From the NCBI GenBank assembly GCA_046292385.1, contig JBKBRF010000022.1, positions 47,984 to 111,983 of the forward strand: 64,000 nucleotides of DNA, read 5' to 3'. Both the position numbers and the translations under genes were made by a program. Source of the DNA: Armatimonadota bacterium. Lineage in GTDB: Bacteria; Armatimonadota; SYMT01. A model generated the notes under the pieces. The model was not told the DNA's origin. It saw nothing but the letters and a program-made list of their open reading frames with translations, and did no database searches. Positions 60,633 through 64,000 of the stretch are shown in pieces. Position 1 is the first letter of the stretch. Every line of letters begins with the position of its first letter.

Positions 60633-61298
60633 ATGCACTCCGCACCCTCCGGCGAAGATCGAGAGCGCTTCGAGCGTCTCCTCCGAGACGCCCACCTCCT
60701 GCGCATGCGACAGCAGTGGGCGCAGGCGGAGACGCTCTGCCGCGAGGCGGTGGAGATCGACCCGCAAGACGTGCCCGCGCGCGAGATGCTGGCCGACCTG
60801 CTGGCGGAGAAGGGCGAGACGGACGAGGCGCTCACGCTCTACCAGGCCTGCCTGGAGCAGCAGCCCGGCAAGCCCTCCCTGGAGGAGAAGGTCGCGCGGA
60901 TCGCCCTCCGCAAAGACCAGGAAGAGCGGGACCGGATTGCGGCCCAGCTCATGCTGGAGAACCCCAAGGGCGGCCGAGAGCGGAAGCGGAACGCCACCGC
61001 GGCGGTGCTGCTCTCCGCCCTCTTCCCCGGCGGCGGGCAGCTCTTCCTGGGACAGCACGCCAAGGGCGGCGTCCTGCTGGTCGTCGGCCTCATCACCCTC
61101 TACTTTGGCGTTCCGGAGCTGATGAAGCTGCTCGGCACCTTCGCCGCGGCGCCGGCGGCCGGGGGCCGCCGGGGGCCGGTCGTAGAGGTGGACGGACCGA
61201 TGGCGGCCCTGGGCCTGGTGTTCATCGCCGTCTACATCTACAGCCTCCTGGATGCCTCCGCACAGGCAGGAAAGAACGACCGCCAGGTCAGCGTGTAA
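60633..61298 (+). CDS. TPR-containing membrane protein
   Basis: Two TPR-like repeats followed by LLSALFPGGGQLFLG and two TM segments. Confidence 0.75.
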   Translation: MHSAPSGEDRERFERLLRDAHLLRMRQQWAQAETLCREAVEIDPQDVPAREMLADLLAEKGETDEALTLYQACLEQQPGKPSLEEKVARIALRKDQEERDRIAAQLMLENPKGGRERKRNATAAVLLSALFPGGGQLFLGQHAKGGVLLVVGLITLYFGVPELMKLLGTFAAAPAAGGRRGPVVEVDGPMAALGLVFIAVYIYSLLDASAQAGKNDRQVSV

Positions 61299-61356
61299 CC
61301 GCTTCCCAACCTGCCCTCAGCCACCCTGCTCCCACCCATTCCGGGTATACTCCACT

Positions 61357-61554
61357 GTGCGCACACTCATCGGCCTCGCGGTGGGCATCCTGCTGTTCCT
61401 GGTAGGCATCCCCGTTCTCCAGGCGGTCGTCCGCAGCCGCGGGTACTACGACGACTTCTCGTACGAGCAGGCGGTGCTCGCGATGCTGCTGGTGCTGGCG
61501 TGCGTCATCGCGGCGCAGTTGACGGCGCTGCGCCCACCGAAGGACAAGGACTGA
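61357..61554 (+). CDS. Small two-TM membrane protein
   Basis: GTG start; MRTLIGLAVGILLFLVG...AVLAMLLVLACVIAAQL. Confidence 0.55.
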   Translation: MRTLIGLAVGILLFLVGIPVLQAVVRSRGYYDDFSYEQAVLAMLLVLACVIAAQLTALRPPKDKD

Positions 61555-61693
61555 GGCGGGCACCCGCAGCGGGCCGGCGCAGGAATGTACCGCTCCCCCA
61601 GCGAACAGGCTGCGGCTGCGTGCCGGACCGTCCGAACATCAACCTGTCCGCCTGCGCGCGGGCGGCCCCTTCCCCTCGCAATCAGGAGTAGTT

Positions 61694-63013
61694 ATGCGAA
61701 AGTGGCTTCTCGCCGCGACTCTTCTCGGCACGGCCGGTGCCCTGGTCGGCACTCCGACGCAGGCCGCCAGGGCCGTGCAGATCACGACCAACCCCACGGG
61801 CGCGACGCTGCGCCCCGGCGACGCCATGCCGCTCACCGCCGAAGCGCGCGACCGCAACGGCCGCGTAATCTCCGATGCGCGCTTCCGCTTCCGGAGCAGC
61901 CGTGCCGGCGTGCTCCGGATCGACGAAAACGGCCTCGCCACGGCGGTCGCCCCCGGCACGGCGGTGGTGACGGCGCAGACCTCCGGCGCGCGCACGAAGT
62001 TCAAGGTGGAGGTGGTGGGCAGCGAGCCCCGCGGCGGGACCTGGGTCGCCACCAACCTCGCCCAGGTCAACCACGTGGTGGTCGACAACCAGTTCGTCTA
62101 CTGGACCGAGGTGACGTCGAAGAAGCTCCGCCTGCGGCGCGCTCCTAAGGCCGGCGGCCCGATCCAGGATCTCGCCAGCCAGCGCGCCTTCAACCCCCAG
62201 AACGGCTTGCGCTACACCTACGCGCAGGTGCAGGTCAGCAGCACCCACGTCTTCTGGACCCGCGAGACGCGCGGCTTCCTCTCCCGCTGGGCGATCCTGT
62301 CGGTCCCGAAGGAGGGCGGCGAGATCAAGAAGGTGCTGCACGAGGATATCGCCTTCAGCCCGCTCGTGATCTCCACCTGGCGCGTGACCAACAACTTCCT
62401 GGTGGCGGTGGTGCGCCGGCCGGAGCTGCTCGACCTGCCGTCGAACACCACCCTCGCCGCCTACAACATCACCACGGACCAGTGGAGCCCGCTGATCACC
62501 GGCCGATTCACCAACACGGCGATCCTCGCCGCGCGCGCGGGCGCGATCTTCGGCCGCGGCATCACGAACGACGGCCGGGTGCAGATCTTCCGGCTCTTTC
62601 CGACGGACGGCGAGAACCAGTATCAGGTGCTGACCGGCACCAGCTCGAACGAGCTCGACTTCTTCGAGCCGGGCGCTACCGACGGTAATGAGCTCTTCTA
62701 CTGGACCAGCAGCAGCCGCGGCCAGCACCGCCTGAACGCGGTGACGATCGACGGCGGCACCACCCGCCGCGTTCTGGACGGCAACTTCGGCCCCGGCCTC
62801 GCCACTGACGACTCGTTCCTCTACTGGGCGCCGAACGCCAAGCAGATCGTGCGGCTGCCGGTCGCCGGCGGACAACCGGACCGCCTTCCCCAGAAGGCCG
62901 ACCGCGCCAGCGCGCTGGGCGGCTTCGCGGCGGACCAGACCGGCGTCTACGTGGTGCAGAAGATCGCGAAGAAGAATTTCGCCATCGTCCGCCTCGATCC
63001 CGGCGGCAATTAG
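61694..63013 (+). CDS. Secreted protein with Big_2 Ig-like domain and beta-propeller (xxVYWT repeats)
   Basis: Signal peptide; IDENGLATAVAPGTAVVTA; DNQFVYWT, THVFWT, ELFYWT and SFLYWA repeats. Confidence 0.8.
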   Translation: MRKWLLAATLLGTAGALVGTPTQAARAVQITTNPTGATLRPGDAMPLTAEARDRNGRVISDARFRFRSSRAGVLRIDENGLATAVAPGTAVVTAQTSGARTKFKVEVVGSEPRGGTWVATNLAQVNHVVVDNQFVYWTEVTSKKLRLRRAPKAGGPIQDLASQRAFNPQNGLRYTYAQVQVSSTHVFWTRETRGFLSRWAILSVPKEGGEIKKVLHEDIAFSPLVISTWRVTNNFLVAVVRRPELLDLPSNTTLAAYNITTDQWSPLITGRFTNTAILAARAGAIFGRGITNDGRVQIFRLFPTDGENQYQVLTGTSSNELDFFEPGATDGNELFYWTSSSRGQHRLNAVTIDGGTTRRVLDGNFGPGLATDDSFLYWAPNAKQIVRLPVAGGQPDRLPQKADRASALGGFAADQTGVYVVQKIAKKNFAIVRLDPGGN

Positions 63014-63159
63014 CGACGGCGACCGTGACACGGAGCAAGCGGGGCTAGCGCCCCGCGAGCCGCTAGCCAGAGAGGGAGTCGCCCGCCGGGTCGGCTCCCT
63101 CTTCTGCCAGTACGCCAGTTCCAACGACCAGTGCGACGAGTGGAGAGGACGGCCGCGGA

Positions 63160-63612
63160 ATGCATACTCTCTCAACGATCGGCTACGGGGCCACGACCGT
63201 TCCCCACTTCCTGGAGACGCTCCGGGAAGCGAAGATCGAGCTGCTGATCGATATTCGGGCCGTCGCTAGCTCGCGCCGCCCCGGCTTCGCGAAAACCAAG
63301 CTCGCGGCCAACCTCCAGAGCGTGGGGATCGAGTACCTGCACCTGCGGGGTCTCGGCACGCCCGCCGAGGGGCGCGCGGCGGCTCGCGCGGGCCGCCACC
63401 AGGAGCTGCGGGAGATCTACCTGCGCCACCTGGAGACCCCGGAGGCGCAGGACGACCTGCAGACCCTGGCCGACCTGGTCCGGACCGGCCGCCGGATCTG
63501 CCTGCTCTGCCTGGAAGCGGATCCGGTCAACTGTCACCGCAGCATGGTCGCCGACGCTCTGACGGCGCAGATGCCGCTGCAGGTGAGACACCTGGCGCCG
63601 GAACCGGCCTGA
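63160..63612 (+). CDS. DUF488 family protein
   Basis: TIGY, IDIR, GIEYLHLRGLG and CLLCLEADPVNCHR. Confidence 0.85.
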   Translation: MHTLSTIGYGATTVPHFLETLREAKIELLIDIRAVASSRRPGFAKTKLAANLQSVGIEYLHLRGLGTPAEGRAAARAGRHQELREIYLRHLETPEAQDDLQTLADLVRTGRRICLLCLEADPVNCHRSMVADALTAQMPLQVRHLAPEPA

Positions 63613-63742
63613 GAGGCAGAAGGCTGATGCCGCAGCCAAACTCAAGGCGGGGAGAAAGATTCTCTTGGCGAGACCGTCATCGCTCCGGGCGTCCACCCCG
63701 CGCCCTCCCCACCCGGAGCCGCCCAAGCGACCACCCCTCGCC

Positions 63743-63895
63743 AGATACTGTTGGCGAAATCGGGAAGCTTCTCCGGTGCCCCGCTGGCGCGGGGCGCGAA
63801 AGCAAGCATTCGCACTCCACAGGCTAGCCCGGAAGAGATTCCCTCTCGTCGAAAGGGAGCCGGCCTCGGTGCAGTCTGCGGAGTGCGGTGGCTTG
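63743..63895. repeat. Dispersed repeat copy 2 plus inverted CAAG-loop REP half
   Basis: Matches 33508-33621; GCGAAAGCAAGCATTCGCACTCC (63796-63818) faces GGAGTGCGGTGGCTTG (63880-63895). Confidence 0.75.
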
Positions 63896-64000
63896 TGTCA
63901 CACGCTGTAAAGTTACGCCGCTGGTGGCGCAGGAAGGTTTTGCCGCATCGCTCGCTTGCGCGAAGGAGGCCGGGGATGCGCTACCTGCAGGCCCACGATC
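63896..64000 (+). mobile_element. Left end of a second copy of the TGT-ended element (truncated by the window)
   Basis: TGTCACACGCTGTAAAGTTACGCCGCTG..GCGCAGG matches 1199-1236 and is preceded by CTTG (reverse complement of CAAG). Confidence 0.6.

Overview
High-GC bacterial chromosome segment. SLH domains, a c-di-AMP riboswitch, Tat/Sec-exported beta-propellers and the radical SAM-rne-rplU-rpmA-obgE-proB-proA-nadD-rsfS gene order suggest a diderm Terrabacteria lineage such as Armatimonadota (inference). The left ~18.6 kb is a co-oriented minus-strand cluster. It combines a GriC/EhpF-like adenylating enzyme, a GriD/LuxC-like aldehyde-dehydrogenase-fold reductase, an Fe-alcohol dehydrogenase, an SSS symporter with its small DUF3311-type partner, an MFS transporter, five exported PQQ/BamB-like beta-propellers and a myo-inositol oxygenase, and it is interrupted by a REP-flanked IS200-type TnpA. 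This is the best candidate for an undescribed system. Several features are hidden from the ORF track: two thioredoxin-fold genes with an in-frame TGA in a U-x-x-C motif followed by SECIS-like hairpins (probable selenoproteins, one with a Tat signal), a ydaO/c-di-AMP riboswitch, a ProA homolog lacking the catalytic Cys, a TIR-bounded element inserted in the CAAG loop of a REP family, a long structured rne leader, and many inverted pairs of 7-nt simple repeats at gene boundaries. I saw no rRNA, tRNA or CRISPR array. All product calls come from motif recognition by eye, not database searches.
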